This document shows, in pieces, positions 1-9,724 of a DNA stretch of 64,000 nt. Under the pieces are notes generated by a model that saw nothing but the letters and a program-made list of their open reading frames with translations, searched no databases and was not told the DNA's origin. This DNA is from Candidatus Woesebacteria bacterium GW2011_GWB1_38_8b (GTDB taxonomy: Bacteria > Patescibacteriota > Microgenomatia > UBA8517). The stretch is taken from assembly GCA_000993115.1 (NCBI GenBank), contig LBVN01000001.1, forward strand, positions 19,924 through 83,923. Direction: 5' to 3'. Made by a program: the position numbers and the translations under genes. Numbering within the stretch: the first letter of the stretch is position 1; every line of letters begins with the position of its first letter.

Positions 1-68
1 TACTCTTGATCCGTTTTTTCGAAATCTTCTATTGGATGATATATTCTTAGTGAACTCCAATTAGCCAT
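1..68 (-). CDS. Partial hypothetical protein (runs off window start)
   Basis: ATG at 68 overlaps the stop of 61..372; frame stays open to base 1 (MANWSSLRIYHPIEDFEKNGSRV...). Confidence 0.4.
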   Translation of the reverse strand, partial: MANWSSLRIYHPIEDFEKTDQE

Positions 69-372
69 TCTTCTCCTCCTTCTGTTTTTCTTTATAAAAC
101 CACTCGTCTATTCCAACCCATTCGTTGTCTTTATTTTCTACAGCGCTACAAATTGCATCTAACATCGCATTGTCCCGACTGTTAATAATTTCATCACTCT
201 CGGTAAAGGCATATAAAACTCTGTGCATTTCAAGGTCTGTTAACCTTCTATCCCAGTTTGCTTCTGCTAATTCCTGGATCATCTCCTCAGTAATTACAAA
301 TACAATCGGGTCATCAGCATCTCCATTTTCTAAATGCCACCATTTGAACCACTTGTATTTAGATTTCTTCAT
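61..372 (-). CDS. Hypothetical acidic protein, mobile-element cargo
   Basis: 103 aa ORF with strong RBS (GGAGGTGA) just upstream of the ATG. Confidence 0.75.
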   Translation of the reverse strand: MKKSKYKWFKWWHLENGDADDPIVFVITEEMIQELAEANWDRRLTDLEMHRVLYAFTESDEIINSRDNAMLDAICSAVENKDNEWVGIDEWFYKEKQKEEKNG

Positions 373-382
373 AATTCACCTC

Positions 383-664
383 CTATACCCCTGAATGAAT
401 ACGAGTTTTGAGCTCGTTAATACTTTCAATTAGATCTCTTGCATCAACCTGCAATTCGTGATTCCAGTATCGGCTGAGTATTAATTCTGCCTGATTATCT
501 GAGTCTTGATTATCTGAGTCTTCAAACACAAATACGAAGTGTTGTCTGTCTTGTTTTTCCAAACGTACTAGAGGAAATCCTGCGGTTTTGAGGATTACGG
601 ATTGGTAAAAATCTGATAATTTAAATTCGTTGGATTCCATAGGATTTTTCATTTTTAATTCCAT
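383..664 (-). CDS. DUF5659-like small phage/ICE protein
   Basis: LSDFYQSVILKTAGFPL...FVFVFE...YWNHELQVDARDLIESINELKTRI resembles DUF5659; contains a 15-bp duplication (DSDNQ x2). Confidence 0.6.
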   Translation of the reverse strand: MELKMKNPMESNEFKLSDFYQSVILKTAGFPLVRLEKQDRQHFVFVFEDSDNQDSDNQAELILSRYWNHELQVDARDLIESINELKTRIHSGV

Positions 665-800
665 CTAACGCAGCCTTTATTTTTCTTGAGGCTACAGACT
701 TATAGAGAACCTCCACTGCTTCATTTAACTTCTGGAAAAGCACATCATTTTGTGCTTGTGATAAATTCGTTTTTACCTGTAGCTTCTCACTGACTTTCAT
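621..800 (-). CDS. Small hypothetical protein (59 aa)
   Basis: Read by eye: ATG at 800 to TAA at 621 (MKVSEKLQVKTNLSQ...); co-oriented with neighbours; too short for the ORF track. Confidence 0.35.
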   Translation of the reverse strand: MKVSEKLQVKTNLSQAQNDVLFQKLNEAVEVLYKSVASRKIKAALDGIKNEKSYGIQRI

Positions 801-878
801 GAGGCCAGTGTATTTGAGGAGGATAGAATAGGTGAACAGTATAGGGTATTTGTTTTACTTTGGAGAAAAAAGTAGCCC

Positions 879-1592
879 CTATCTTTTTGGGAGTGGTCGA
901 ACCGATAATCTTATTCTTTTTACACCCTGACTGCCTATGTTTATTATCGCAACTTTTGCGCCTGCAAACTCTTTCTGAAACCGTTTGTTCAAGACTACAA
1001 TCATTGCATCTATTCTTCTATTGTCAGGATCTTTTGATCCATATTGCTTGAGTTGCTTGACTAAAAAGCCTGATCCTATACCACTCTCTCCTGCCTCAAC
1101 AACTAATTTCGACAATAGAGCCCTTTGATTTATTTTTGCTCCCGCAGGAAGGCTTTTCTTCGAAAACACGCATTTACCATAAGGCGAGAGATATAATGTA
1201 TTTTCCTTTTCATTAAATTGAAAATCTTTATTCCAGATTTCATCTTCATATACATCATGTTTTCCTGAGAATCTCGATTCAAGAGTTTCATTAGTCCATT
1301 TTTCAGCAAGGTCATAATCAATTTTAACCAGGAAATATCCTTTGGGAGTGTGGTTAAACATGAATTGCTGAGGTTTAGGTGTATTTGAGATTATCTTTAA
1401 TATCCCAATCTTTTCGAGATAAAAAGGTGTTTCTAACTGATTATAGGCGTATTCAACTTCTCTGAGGTCGAAAGTTCGAGGCGCCATCGACTCCATTGCA
1501 ATGTCCCTCAAGTCACCTTTGTCCTTAGTTCTTATCACAACACTACATAAGCGCAGCGCGTCATCAATAATGTTTTTATCTACATTTTCCAT
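879..1592 (-). CDS. Hypothetical protein with possible C-terminal winged-helix domain
   Basis: C-terminal pattern RRIDAMIVVLNKRF...AIINIGSQGVKRIRL resembles OmpR-type wHTH; divergent from the HTH/integrase pair. Confidence 0.5.
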   Translation of the reverse strand: MENVDKNIIDDALRLCSVVIRTKDKGDLRDIAMESMAPRTFDLREVEYAYNQLETPFYLEKIGILKIISNTPKPQQFMFNHTPKGYFLVKIDYDLAEKWTNETLESRFSGKHDVYEDEIWNKDFQFNEKENTLYLSPYGKCVFSKKSLPAGAKINQRALLSKLVVEAGESGIGSGFLVKQLKQYGSKDPDNRRIDAMIVVLNKRFQKEFAGAKVAIINIGSQGVKRIRLSVRPLPKR

Positions 1593-1635
1593 ATTGTATA
1601 TTCTATTTAATTATACTATATTAGTTTAAGTTAAT

Positions 1636-1857
1636 ATGACTAAGAAAACAATACCATTATTTTCTCCTTCTGATCCTACCACCTGGTCTCCACTTCTAAC
1701 TCTTTTGCAAGCTTCTCAAATATTAAACGTCAGTCCTTGGACGCTTCGCCAATGGGATAATAAGAAAAAACTTTTAGCAGTAAGAATAGGTACTCGGCAA
1801 GATCGCCGATACAAAAAAGCAGATCTATTAAAAATCCTTGATAAAGGTCTGAAATAA
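1636..1857 (+). CDS. MerR/excisionase-like HTH protein (possible recombination directionality factor)
   Basis: LLTLLQASQILNVSPWTLRQWD...RIGTRQDRRY is an HTH_17/MerR pattern; lies 2 bp upstream of the recombinase. Confidence 0.8.
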   Translation: MTKKTIPLFSPSDPTTWSPLLTLLQASQILNVSPWTLRQWDNKKKLLAVRIGTRQDRRYKKADLLKILDKGLK

Positions 1858-1859
1858 AC

Positions 1860-3434
1860 ATGGAAAATAAATTTAAGATTCGAGCGGTTGTATACGCTCG
1901 AGTAAGTACAAAAGAGCAAGTTGAGGGTAAGATCTCGATCCCTTCGCAAATAACTGATTGTAAGAAAGTAATTGTAGAAAGAGGCTGGGAATTGGCCAAA
2001 GAGCCATATATCGATGAAGGAATAAGCGGTCATCTCCTGGAAGAACGCAAAGGGCTTCAAGACTTGCTCAGTGATGCTAGACAGCATCTTTTCGATCTGG
2101 TAATAGTCAAAGACTTCGACCGCTTTGCTAGAAACCGCGCTGCTGCAACAATCGTGCGCGAGGAGCTAAAAGAGCTTTTCATCCAAACTTACGCCCTAAA
2201 TACTCCAGTCGAGCCGAAGAATCCTAAGACATATGATCCCACAGACGATGACTTGGGGATTATGGTCGAGGGATACAGTGATACGATGTCTGAAATTGAG
2301 AGAAACAAGATTCGCAGACGAATGATGATGGGTAAAGTAGCCGTAGCCAAGGCAGGAAAAATCCCAAATAACGTACCTTATGGTTACAAAATAAAGCGCT
2401 CGATTGATGAGAAAGGAAAAGTGCATCGTAAAGTATTGGTAGATGAAGAAAAAGCCAAAATAGTCCGTCAAATATTTGATGACTATATAAGGGGTAAGGG
2501 AGCTCTCAATATCGCCTTTCAACTTACTGAGAAGGGCGTAAAACCACCTAGGGGTCAATATTGGCGAGCACAGGCTATCAAATACATGATCCAGAACCAA
2601 ACATACACAGGTAAGGTATTGTGGGGCTGGAGACACGCTGATTATAAGAAAAACCAACAGCGAAGGTTAAGAGGCCATCAAGGAATTATTGAAGACAGCA
2701 CTGAGCACAAAGCAATTATTCCTGAGGCTATTTTTGCGCTAGCTCAAAAGGAGAAAAAGATCAGAGGTAATTCCCAAAAAGGTCGAGGAAAACTCAGTCG
2801 AGGCCTACTTACGGGACTCGCAAAATGTATTCGCTGCGGATCTGGTGTAACTTATCTCACTCGTCACCATAATAGGAAGAAAAAGAATCTGAATTGGAAT
2901 GATACAACTACTTACGAATACCTGTGCGGTGGTTACAAATACAGTGGGATCTGCCAACGCAGGATAATGAGTGCCACTAAGCTTGAAGAGTTTGTCTTAA
3001 ACCAGATCAGAAACCTGGTTAATAATCCAACAGCCAGAGAAAGATTGATCTTCGATCGCAATATTGCCATATCAGATAACCTGGAAGATGACTACAAGTA
3101 CGCTGCAAAACAACTTGCTGACATCGAAAGAAGAAGGCAAAGGGTCAAGGAGGCTTATGAGGCGGGTATCGACTCGTTAGAGGTCTATGGAGGCAATTTA
3201 AAGCGCTTAGAGGAAGAAGAGAATAAGCACCATGTGGTAGCCGATGATTATCAATTTAAGCTTCAGAAGGTTAACGAGCGTCGCCAGGAACTAGAGAAAT
3301 TCACTAAATCTCTAGAAGACTTCAATACCTTATGGGATAATGCAGAGTTTGAAGAGAGAAAACATTTCCTGCGTATGATAATTAAAGAAATACGCGCGGG
3401 TAACGGAAATATTGAGATCGATTTTCGCTTCTAA
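1860..3434 (+). CDS. Large serine recombinase (integrase)
   Basis: Catalytic YARVST, DRFARN, PYGY, recombinase domain, Zn ribbon (CIRC...YLC...GIC), C-terminal coiled coil. Confidence 0.95.
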   Translation: MENKFKIRAVVYARVSTKEQVEGKISIPSQITDCKKVIVERGWELAKEPYIDEGISGHLLEERKGLQDLLSDARQHLFDLVIVKDFDRFARNRAAATIVREELKELFIQTYALNTPVEPKNPKTYDPTDDDLGIMVEGYSDTMSEIERNKIRRRMMMGKVAVAKAGKIPNNVPYGYKIKRSIDEKGKVHRKVLVDEEKAKIVRQIFDDYIRGKGALNIAFQLTEKGVKPPRGQYWRAQAIKYMIQNQTYTGKVLWGWRHADYKKNQQRRLRGHQGIIEDSTEHKAIIPEAIFALAQKEKKIRGNSQKGRGKLSRGLLTGLAKCIRCGSGVTYLTRHHNRKKKNLNWNDTTTYEYLCGGYKYSGICQRRIMSATKLEEFVLNQIRNLVNNPTARERLIFDRNIAISDNLEDDYKYAAKQLADIERRRQRVKEAYEAGIDSLEVYGGNLKRLEEEENKHHVVADDYQFKLQKVNERRQELEKFTKSLEDFNTLWDNAEFEERKHFLRMIIKEIRAGNGNIEIDFRF

Positions 3435-6257
3435 TCAGCCTCTTTTCCCGTATCTTCTTTGCCATTCTTCCTGATTATTGGAATATAAGTTATAGGCTTC
3501 AATCTCCTGTGTTCCTTGCGGTTCCCTATTTATATGGCACTTCTTCCACTTCTTTCCGCTACCACACCAACATGGGTCGTTGCGGCCTAGTTTTTTGGTA
3601 GCCGGTTGTGAACTTTCACTAGTGTTTTGTGATGGAGTCGCGAAAGCTTTTTTGCCGGCGGCAGCCGTAATTTCTTCATCCGCGGATTCCATAAGACCGG
3701 TTTGATCAAGTTGATCCTCGTTTGTACGAAGTAAATTTGTCGGAATTTCTGGCCGCTGCGAAGCAACTCCAACTCTGAATAAGCTTCTCGCAAGCTGTGC
3801 CTCAATTTTTCCCATCAATCCCTCAAACATTTGGAATGCCTCATTTTTAAATTCCGCCAATGAATCTCGCTGTCCATAAACACGAAGCCTAACTCCCTCG
3901 CGTAATCCTTCAATCCCATCCAAATGCTCTACCCACTGGTGATCAATTGAGCTTATGTAGGCAAACTTTTCGACCTGTCTCATAACATTCTCCCCTACCT
4001 GCGATTCGCGTGATTTATGTACGCTAAGTACAATTTTTTCCAGAGTTTCTTTTATTTTTTCCAAATTATCCTGATTTTTTAGCTCCTTTAAAGCCTGTTC
4101 GCGTGAGGCATCATCAAACGGAACTATTTCTACCAAACCCATAACAATCTTTTCGTGATCAATTTTTCCCTCTATATTTTTTCCGAATTCGACAATTAAA
4201 TCAATCTCTTTATGAAGTATCTCCAAAACTTCATCTTTTACAACTTCTGCCTCCAACACTTTCTTACGTAGTTTATAAATAACTTCCCTTTGCTGATTTG
4301 CAACGTCGTCGTATTCAACAACATTTTTTCTGGAATCAAAATGAAATCCTTCAACTTTAATTTGCGCTTGTTCAATTGCTCGGCTTATAAGGCGGTTCTC
4401 AATTGGTTGATCTTCGGGAACTTTAAGACGGTTCATCAAAGCAATCATCTGCTCCCCTCCAAAGATTCTCATCAAATCGTCCTCCAACGATAAATAAAAT
4501 CTCGACTCACCCTGATCCCCTTGCCTTCCACCTCGTCCACGAAGCTGATTATCAATTCGTCTAGACTCATGACGCTCGGTTCCGATTATATAAAGTCCTC
4601 CCGCTTTTTTAACTTTTTCGTGGGCAATTTCCCATGCTGTATATTCTTTTGACTTTTTATAAGTTTCTTCTTTTGATCCTTCTGTCCTGTCAGGTTTTGC
4701 ACCTCCCAAAACAACGTCGACACCACGCCCTGCCATATTTGTTGCAACAGTTATTGCACCAGGTTTTCCAGCACCCGCGATAACAAGAGCCTCAGTTTCG
4801 TGGTTCTTTGCATTTAAAACATTGTGTGGAATTTTTTTGCGTTTCAACAAGTCAGACAAAACTTCATTTTTCTCAATCGAAGTAGTTCCAACCAGTACCG
4901 GCTGCCCTTTTTTATATTTATCCTCAATGTCACGGGTAATTGCGGCGTATTTTGCAGAAATAGATTTGTAGACAACATCGGCCATGTCATGCCTGACCAT
5001 CGGCATGTTTGTAGGAAGTACAACAACGTCAAGCTTATAGATTTTTTTAAACTCCTCGGCTTCGGTTGCTGCGGTTCCTGTCATACCGGACAGGTGTTCG
5101 TACATACGAAAATAATTTTGGAAGGAAATTGTTGCATAAGTTTTTGTTTCCTGCTGAATTTTTACACTCTCTTTTGCCTCAACTGCCTGGTGCATTCCGT
5201 CTCCCCAACGCCTTCCATACATAAGTCTTCCCGTAAATTCATCAACAATAATGACCTGGTCCTCTTTTACAATATAATCGCGGTCAGGTAAATAAAGCGT
5301 TCGGGCTCTGAGTGCGTTTTCGATATGGTGTATTGAATCAAAATCTTTTTCGTAAAGATTATCCACCCCGAGAATTTTTTCGACTCGGGTAATTCCGTGC
5401 TCCGTCAGAGTTGCGCTTCGCAATTTTTCGTCAATCGAATAGTCAGTATCGGGATTTAGTTTTTCAATGAGAGTGGCAAACTTATAATATTTATCGGTCG
5501 GTTCGGTGTCGGGAGCCGAAATAATAAGCGGAGTCCGTGCTTCATCAATTAAAACCGAATCAACTTCATCAACAATGGCAAAGTAGTGCCCGCGTTGTAC
5601 CATTTCGGGCAAGCTCTGGACCATATTGTCACGCAAATAATCAAAACCAAACTCATTATTTGTTCCATAAGTAATATCCGCCGCATAAACTTCACGCCTT
5701 TGCGCAGGTTTAAGGTGAGCAAGGCGTTCATCGCCATGGCTTGTATCGTTATAATCATGATCATAAATAAACGACTTCCCTTCCTGAACAATTGAACCAA
5801 TTGTGAGGCCCAAAAGGTGAAATATCGGAGCATTCCATCCGGCATCACGCCGCGCCAGATAATCATTTACAGTTACCAAATGAGAGCCTTTACCTGTCAA
5901 TGCACGAAGATAAAGAGCGGGAACTGCGGATAAAGTTTTTCCCTCACCTGTTTTTTGCTCAGCAACTTTGCCTTCAAAAAGTGCAACGGCTGCCATAAGC
6001 TGAACATCATAAAGCCGCAGTCCCAATGTTCTTATTCCTGCTTCGCGTACAAGTGCAAAAGCTTCGGGAAGAATATCTTCCAATTTTGTTCCATCAGAAA
6101 CTTTTTTCTTAAACTCTTCGGTTTTTTTCTTAAAATCATCTGCTTTGAGTTTTTTTATTTTTTCCTCAAGCGCATTTATTTGCTCGACGGTTTTTTGAAG
6201 CCTTTGAACCTCTTTCTGGTTTACATCCAGAATTTTCGTAAAAATATTTTTAAACAT
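3435..6257 (-). CDS. secA: Preprotein translocase ATPase SecA
   Basis: KTGEGKT, DEVDS, TNMAGRG, RRIDNQLRGRGGRQGD, SEC-C motif GRNDPCWCGSGKKWKKCH. Confidence 0.99.
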   Translation of the reverse strand: MFKNIFTKILDVNQKEVQRLQKTVEQINALEEKIKKLKADDFKKKTEEFKKKVSDGTKLEDILPEAFALVREAGIRTLGLRLYDVQLMAAVALFEGKVAEQKTGEGKTLSAVPALYLRALTGKGSHLVTVNDYLARRDAGWNAPIFHLLGLTIGSIVQEGKSFIYDHDYNDTSHGDERLAHLKPAQRREVYAADITYGTNNEFGFDYLRDNMVQSLPEMVQRGHYFAIVDEVDSVLIDEARTPLIISAPDTEPTDKYYKFATLIEKLNPDTDYSIDEKLRSATLTEHGITRVEKILGVDNLYEKDFDSIHHIENALRARTLYLPDRDYIVKEDQVIIVDEFTGRLMYGRRWGDGMHQAVEAKESVKIQQETKTYATISFQNYFRMYEHLSGMTGTAATEAEEFKKIYKLDVVVLPTNMPMVRHDMADVVYKSISAKYAAITRDIEDKYKKGQPVLVGTTSIEKNEVLSDLLKRKKIPHNVLNAKNHETEALVIAGAGKPGAITVATNMAGRGVDVVLGGAKPDRTEGSKEETYKKSKEYTAWEIAHEKVKKAGGLYIIGTERHESRRIDNQLRGRGGRQGDQGESRFYLSLEDDLMRIFGGEQMIALMNRLKVPEDQPIENRLISRAIEQAQIKVEGFHFDSRKNVVEYDDVANQQREVIYKLRKKVLEAEVVKDEVLEILHKEIDLIVEFGKNIEGKIDHEKIVMGLVEIVPFDDASREQALKELKNQDNLEKIKETLEKIVLSVHKSRESQVGENVMRQVEKFAYISSIDHQWVEHLDGIEGLREGVRLRVYGQRDSLAEFKNEAFQMFEGLMGKIEAQLARSLFRVGVASQRPEIPTNLLRTNEDQLDQTGLMESADEEITAAAGKKAFATPSQNTSESSQPATKKLGRNDPCWCGSGKKWKKCHINREPQGTQEIEAYNLYSNNQEEWQRRYGKRG

Positions 6258-6304
6258 ACAATCTAGTATTATATCTCTTTAAATGTACTAGTTCAAAACA
6301 AAAA

Positions 6305-6439
6305 GATAAAGCTCCCCACTACCTTACGGTTGGGGTATCTTCTCCCAGTGCTTCGTCGGGAGCGGAATCCCTCCGAAGCAAAATATCTTCGCATTCATCC
6401 GCGAGCTTACGCTCGAGGCATTTTGCGAAGTGGGATAAA
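6305..6439 (-). repeat. Multi-hairpin palindromic element (REP/IS200-605 MITE-like)
   Basis: Three stem-loops flanked by GATAAA direct repeats; minus strand shows hairpin-GATGAA...hairpin-AGCTTTA, like the copies at 40.2, 50.7 and 57.9 kb. Confidence 0.55.
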
Positions 6440-6484
6440 TAGTATTTGACCGCAGCACTCGGAAATATTAAAATATCGCTGAAT

Positions 6485-6997
6485 ATGGCAGCAAAAATCA
6501 ATAAGTCAAAAACAACAAAATTAGTTTCCAAGAAGACCGAATCGGCTTCAAGCCCTTCCTATAAAAAACTTTTTAGGCCGAAAAAAGGCAGACTTTTGGG
6601 TGGCGTATGTTTGGGATTAGCGGAATTTCTTGATTTTGATCCGATGGTTGTCAGGCTTATTTTTGTCGTCGTTACCCTTCTCGGAGGATCAGGAGTATTA
6701 ATATATTTTATTCTTTGGTTAATAATTCCATCGGAAGACCATCCTGGTGAAATTACATCGGAAAATTTAAAAATCAGCACCGATGAAATGAAAGATAAGG
6801 CAAATGAGTTTAAAGAAAATGCAAAACTCTATTCCCAAAAAACTAATCCAAAAACCGCGGTTGGGGTAATTCTAATTATTCTCGGAGTATTTTTCTTAAT
6901 ACAAAATTTAGGACTTTTCCATTTTAATTTCATTTGGAGGTTCTGGCCGATAATTCTAATCGCTTTTGCAATTTATCTGATTGGCAAAAATGACTGA
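6485..6997 (+). CDS. PspC-domain protein with C-terminal LiaF/DUF5668-like TM region
   Basis: KKLFRPKKGRLLGGVCLGLAEFLDFDPMVVRLIF...YFILWLIIP (PspC); WRFWPIILI; ATG at 6485 preferred as start. Confidence 0.9.
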   Translation: MAAKINKSKTTKLVSKKTESASSPSYKKLFRPKKGRLLGGVCLGLAEFLDFDPMVVRLIFVVVTLLGGSGVLIYFILWLIIPSEDHPGEITSENLKISTDEMKDKANEFKENAKLYSQKTNPKTAVGVILIILGVFFLIQNLGLFHFNFIWRFWPIILIAFAIYLIGKND

Positions 6998-7412
6998 TTC
7001 GGAGAAAACTCAAACAAAACTTTTTCAGGCAAAAAATATAACCTGGCCGATAATTTTAATACTTTGCGGTATTTTACTTCTTTTTAACAATCTAGGAATT
7101 TTGTCATGGGATGTCTGGAACGTAATCTTTAGATTCTGGCCGGTTCTTTTAATATTAGCAGGAGTTGAATACATTCTGGGTAATTCACTTCTTGGAAGTC
7201 TGTTTTCATTTCTTATAACTATCGCTGTACTTCTTTTCATCTTTGCTTATTCAGTATCAATAATAAGCCGACCGTTTGATCAGTATTTACGAATGACTTT
7301 TCCTTTCTGGAGCAATCTCAAAAGAAACATTCCCGAGTCCCGCTTAAGAAATCTCCCATTCCGCTGTTATCCCTTTGAAGAAGATTGCCAAATGTATTAC
7401 AGGTGGAATTAA
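6990..7412 (+). CDS. LiaF/DUF5668-like membrane protein
   Basis: WPIILILCGILLLFNNLGILSWDVWNVIFRFWPVLLILAG; overlaps the upstream stop. Confidence 0.8.
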   Translation: MTDSEKTQTKLFQAKNITWPIILILCGILLLFNNLGILSWDVWNVIFRFWPVLLILAGVEYILGNSLLGSLFSFLITIAVLLFIFAYSVSIISRPFDQYLRMTFPFWSNLKRNIPESRLRNLPFRCYPFEEDCQMYYRWN

Positions 7413-8083
7413 CTCCTACAAATCAGCATCAAATTTGCTTCCGGAAAAAACCAGTCAACTTTATAAAAATGTTTTTTGAGTTTTTCTCCAAATAGAGCGG
7501 CCTCTTTCCTTTTTTCGCCGTAATAAAGCCTGTTAAATACCGCAATTCCTTTTGGAGATAATGTCTTCTTCACTAGTTTTATAAATTGTTCTTTCTCGAA
7601 CTTATCGGGGTATTTATCTCCGAGATATAAATCAATACAAATAAGATCGAACTTGGATTTAGTCGCAAGAAATTTTTCCGCATCGCTGATTACGACTTTT
7701 ACTCCTAACTCACCTAATCCCAAATATTTTTTCCCCATCTCTACCATTTTGGGATCTATATCAACCCCTGTAATTTTCGCGACCGGCCAATATTTTCGGA
7801 TCACTTTTGCAACACTTCCACCGCCTAGTCCAAGGATTAAACAATTACTAATTTCCCCGCCTGCAACACTTCGTGTAGTATTACGGGCAGGTAATTTATA
7901 GTTCCTAATTTTCCTAAGTGTCTTTTTCCAGATTTCTTGGAGGATTCCCCCCGATTGGGTCAAATTGCCAACCGATAAATATGTTCCGAACGCCACACTT
8001 TTAATAACGGTAATTTCACCGTTTATTGGGGATTCGATTATTTCTTTCAAAAGCGTACCTGTGAGTAAATTTAGCTTTGACAT
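7409..8083 (-). CDS. SAM-dependent methyltransferase, spermidine synthase-like
   Basis: LILGLGGGS, VDIDP, DAEKF, FDLICIDLY, LSPKG motifs. Confidence 0.85.
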   Translation of the reverse strand: MSKLNLLTGTLLKEIIESPINGEITVIKSVAFGTYLSVGNLTQSGGILQEIWKKTLRKIRNYKLPARNTTRSVAGGEISNCLILGLGGGSVAKVIRKYWPVAKITGVDIDPKMVEMGKKYLGLGELGVKVVISDAEKFLATKSKFDLICIDLYLGDKYPDKFEKEQFIKLVKKTLSPKGIAVFNRLYYGEKRKEAALFGEKLKKHFYKVDWFFPEANLMLICRS

Positions 8084-8142
8084 ATTTTTGTATATATAAA
8101 CACAAATTATATCAATTTTCTTGTGAAGTTAGAGTGAATAAA

Positions 8143-9066
8143 TTACAAAGCAAGAAGTATTGCTATAAAGATCAAGAACCCTGCACCTATTGTAAAAATA
8201 ATAGTAGGGAAAGCAATTCCTGCATCAGCTAAAGTTCCACCGGTTGCTCCCGTTGAACCCGCACTTGCAATAGTTGTTGATGTTGGAGTTGGTGTATTTG
8301 TAGATGCCGTACCACCGGAACCGCTTGCGGTTGTTGGTGTTGGCGTATTAGTCGGTGTATTTGTTGGGGTGTTAGTCGGTAACCCACCCGACCCGCTTGC
8401 TGTTGTTGCAGTAGGTGTAGGTGTATTGGTGGGAGTTAGTGTTGCTGTCGCCTGTTGTTGGGTAGGAACAGGAGTGCCTGTAGCTGTTTCAGTTGGAATT
8501 GGAGTTGCAGTCGCGTTTGCTACCGGTAAAATCGTAAGATTTAACGGGACCGTATTTGCCAACACGTTTAGTCCAACGTCACCTGTGCTAACCGCCGCTA
8601 CCTTTGAACTTGGTTCGACTGCTATTGTCGCTACTCCTTCAGTAAGTGCAGTGAACGAAATTGTTCCGATACTACCTACTCCTGTTTGTGCTTGCCCGCC
8701 TGTCGGAAGATAAATAATGTAAGTTACCGTTCCTGCGGCGTTATCATAAGTTGAAGTTAGAACTTGAGCACCTGGAGGGAATGAACCAAGCGACAAATTA
8801 TTAATTTGTATAACATCTTTACTAAATGTTAGATACATTTCAGCACCAACTATTTCGTTCGATCCCGTATTTAAATCAATCGAAACATTAAATTGTTCCC
8901 CAACTCTAGGAGCCTGATTATCTGGTGTAAAATAAACCGTTGTTTCAGGTGCGGCTTTTTGTTCAAATACAGCCCTTCTCCCAACCAAAGTCACTCCGAG
9001 AAACACTCCCAAGCCCATAATTACGACTATAAAAATTGGGATAAATATTTTTGCTAATTTTTTCAT
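8143..9066 (-). CDS. Cohesin-domain protein with N-terminal TM, long Pro/Thr linker and C-terminal LADAG + TM anchor
   Basis: FNVSIDLNTGSNEIVGAEMYLTFSKDVIQI...IGTISFTALTEG cohesin pattern; PT repeats; LPxTG-like LADAG before a hydrophobic tail. Confidence 0.8.
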   Translation of the reverse strand: MKKLAKIFIPIFIVVIMGLGVFLGVTLVGRRAVFEQKAAPETTVYFTPDNQAPRVGEQFNVSIDLNTGSNEIVGAEMYLTFSKDVIQINNLSLGSFPPGAQVLTSTYDNAAGTVTYIIYLPTGGQAQTGVGSIGTISFTALTEGVATIAVEPSSKVAAVSTGDVGLNVLANTVPLNLTILPVANATATPIPTETATGTPVPTQQQATATLTPTNTPTPTATTASGSGGLPTNTPTNTPTNTPTPTTASGSGGTASTNTPTPTSTTIASAGSTGATGGTLADAGIAFPTIIFTIGAGFLIFIAILLAL

Positions 9067-9071
9067 TGTAA

Positions 9072-9626
9072 TTACTTTAACGTAATATTTAAGGGTTCTG
9101 CAACAATCGTTTTTACGCTATTTTGCCCGGCGGACTTTGATAACTGAGTAAGGTTCACCTCAGTCGTCTCAACCGACTTATCTAAAATCTGGAATTTAAC
9201 CGTGGCCATTACGTCTCCATCTGCCCGCGCCGATTGAAGTTGTCTTCCAACAGAATATATTAGTATCCCCGGCTTTGTAGTGTCCTTCTGGAGCACCACA
9301 CTTTTTTCCCAAATGTTCCCCTCGGTTACATCAACTATCCTTAAAATGGCTGGGTCATAAGTTAGTTCAAGCGTATATCCTGCAGATTCAAAACTTTCAG
9401 AATCCTGTATTTTAAGTGAAACTTCCAGTTGATCTGAAATAGGGGTTTCCGCAGAAAACTCGACGAACATTTGTTCAGGCACAGCAGTCGGTGTTTGCGA
9501 TACAGATGTTACCGGTGGTATAACAACCGGTTCATTTTTGCCTTTATTCATTCTATAAAATACAACTATTCCGATTACAAAAACATAAACTACGGCTAAA
9601 ACTATCCAAATATTTAATTTTTTCAT
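9072..9626 (-). CDS. Membrane-anchored single-cohesin protein
   Basis: N-terminal TM; LEVSLKI...AGYTLELTYDPAILRIVDVTEG...GDVMATVKFQIL. Confidence 0.8.
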   Translation of the reverse strand: MKKLNIWIVLAVVYVFVIGIVVFYRMNKGKNEPVVIPPVTSVSQTPTAVPEQMFVEFSAETPISDQLEVSLKIQDSESFESAGYTLELTYDPAILRIVDVTEGNIWEKSVVLQKDTTKPGILIYSVGRQLQSARADGDVMATVKFQILDKSVETTEVNLTQLSKSAGQNSVKTIVAEPLNITLK

Positions 9627-9673
9627 AATATATTTTATGCTACTAATCTAAAGTGTTCTATGTCCAAAATCGT

Positions 9674-9724
9674 AGTTCAACTCCGGTGCCCAAAGTTGGA
9701 GTTCAACTCCGGTGCCCAAAGTTG
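9674..9724. repeat. 26-bp tandem duplication spanning the stop of 9703..10698
   Basis: agttcaactccggtgcccaaagttg at 9674-9698 and 9700-9724. Confidence 0.9.

Larger units (their letters stand above)
1..3535. mobile_element. Right end of an integrative element, apparently inserted at the secA 3' end
   Basis: Integrase, HTH and phage-like small ORFs; integrase stop abuts the secA stop; secA has an atypical tail after SEC-C. Boundary approximate. Confidence 0.65.

Noticed and set aside
6319-6531. 70-aa minus-strand ORF
   Set aside because: Overlaps the palindromic element and the PspC gene start; probably spurious.
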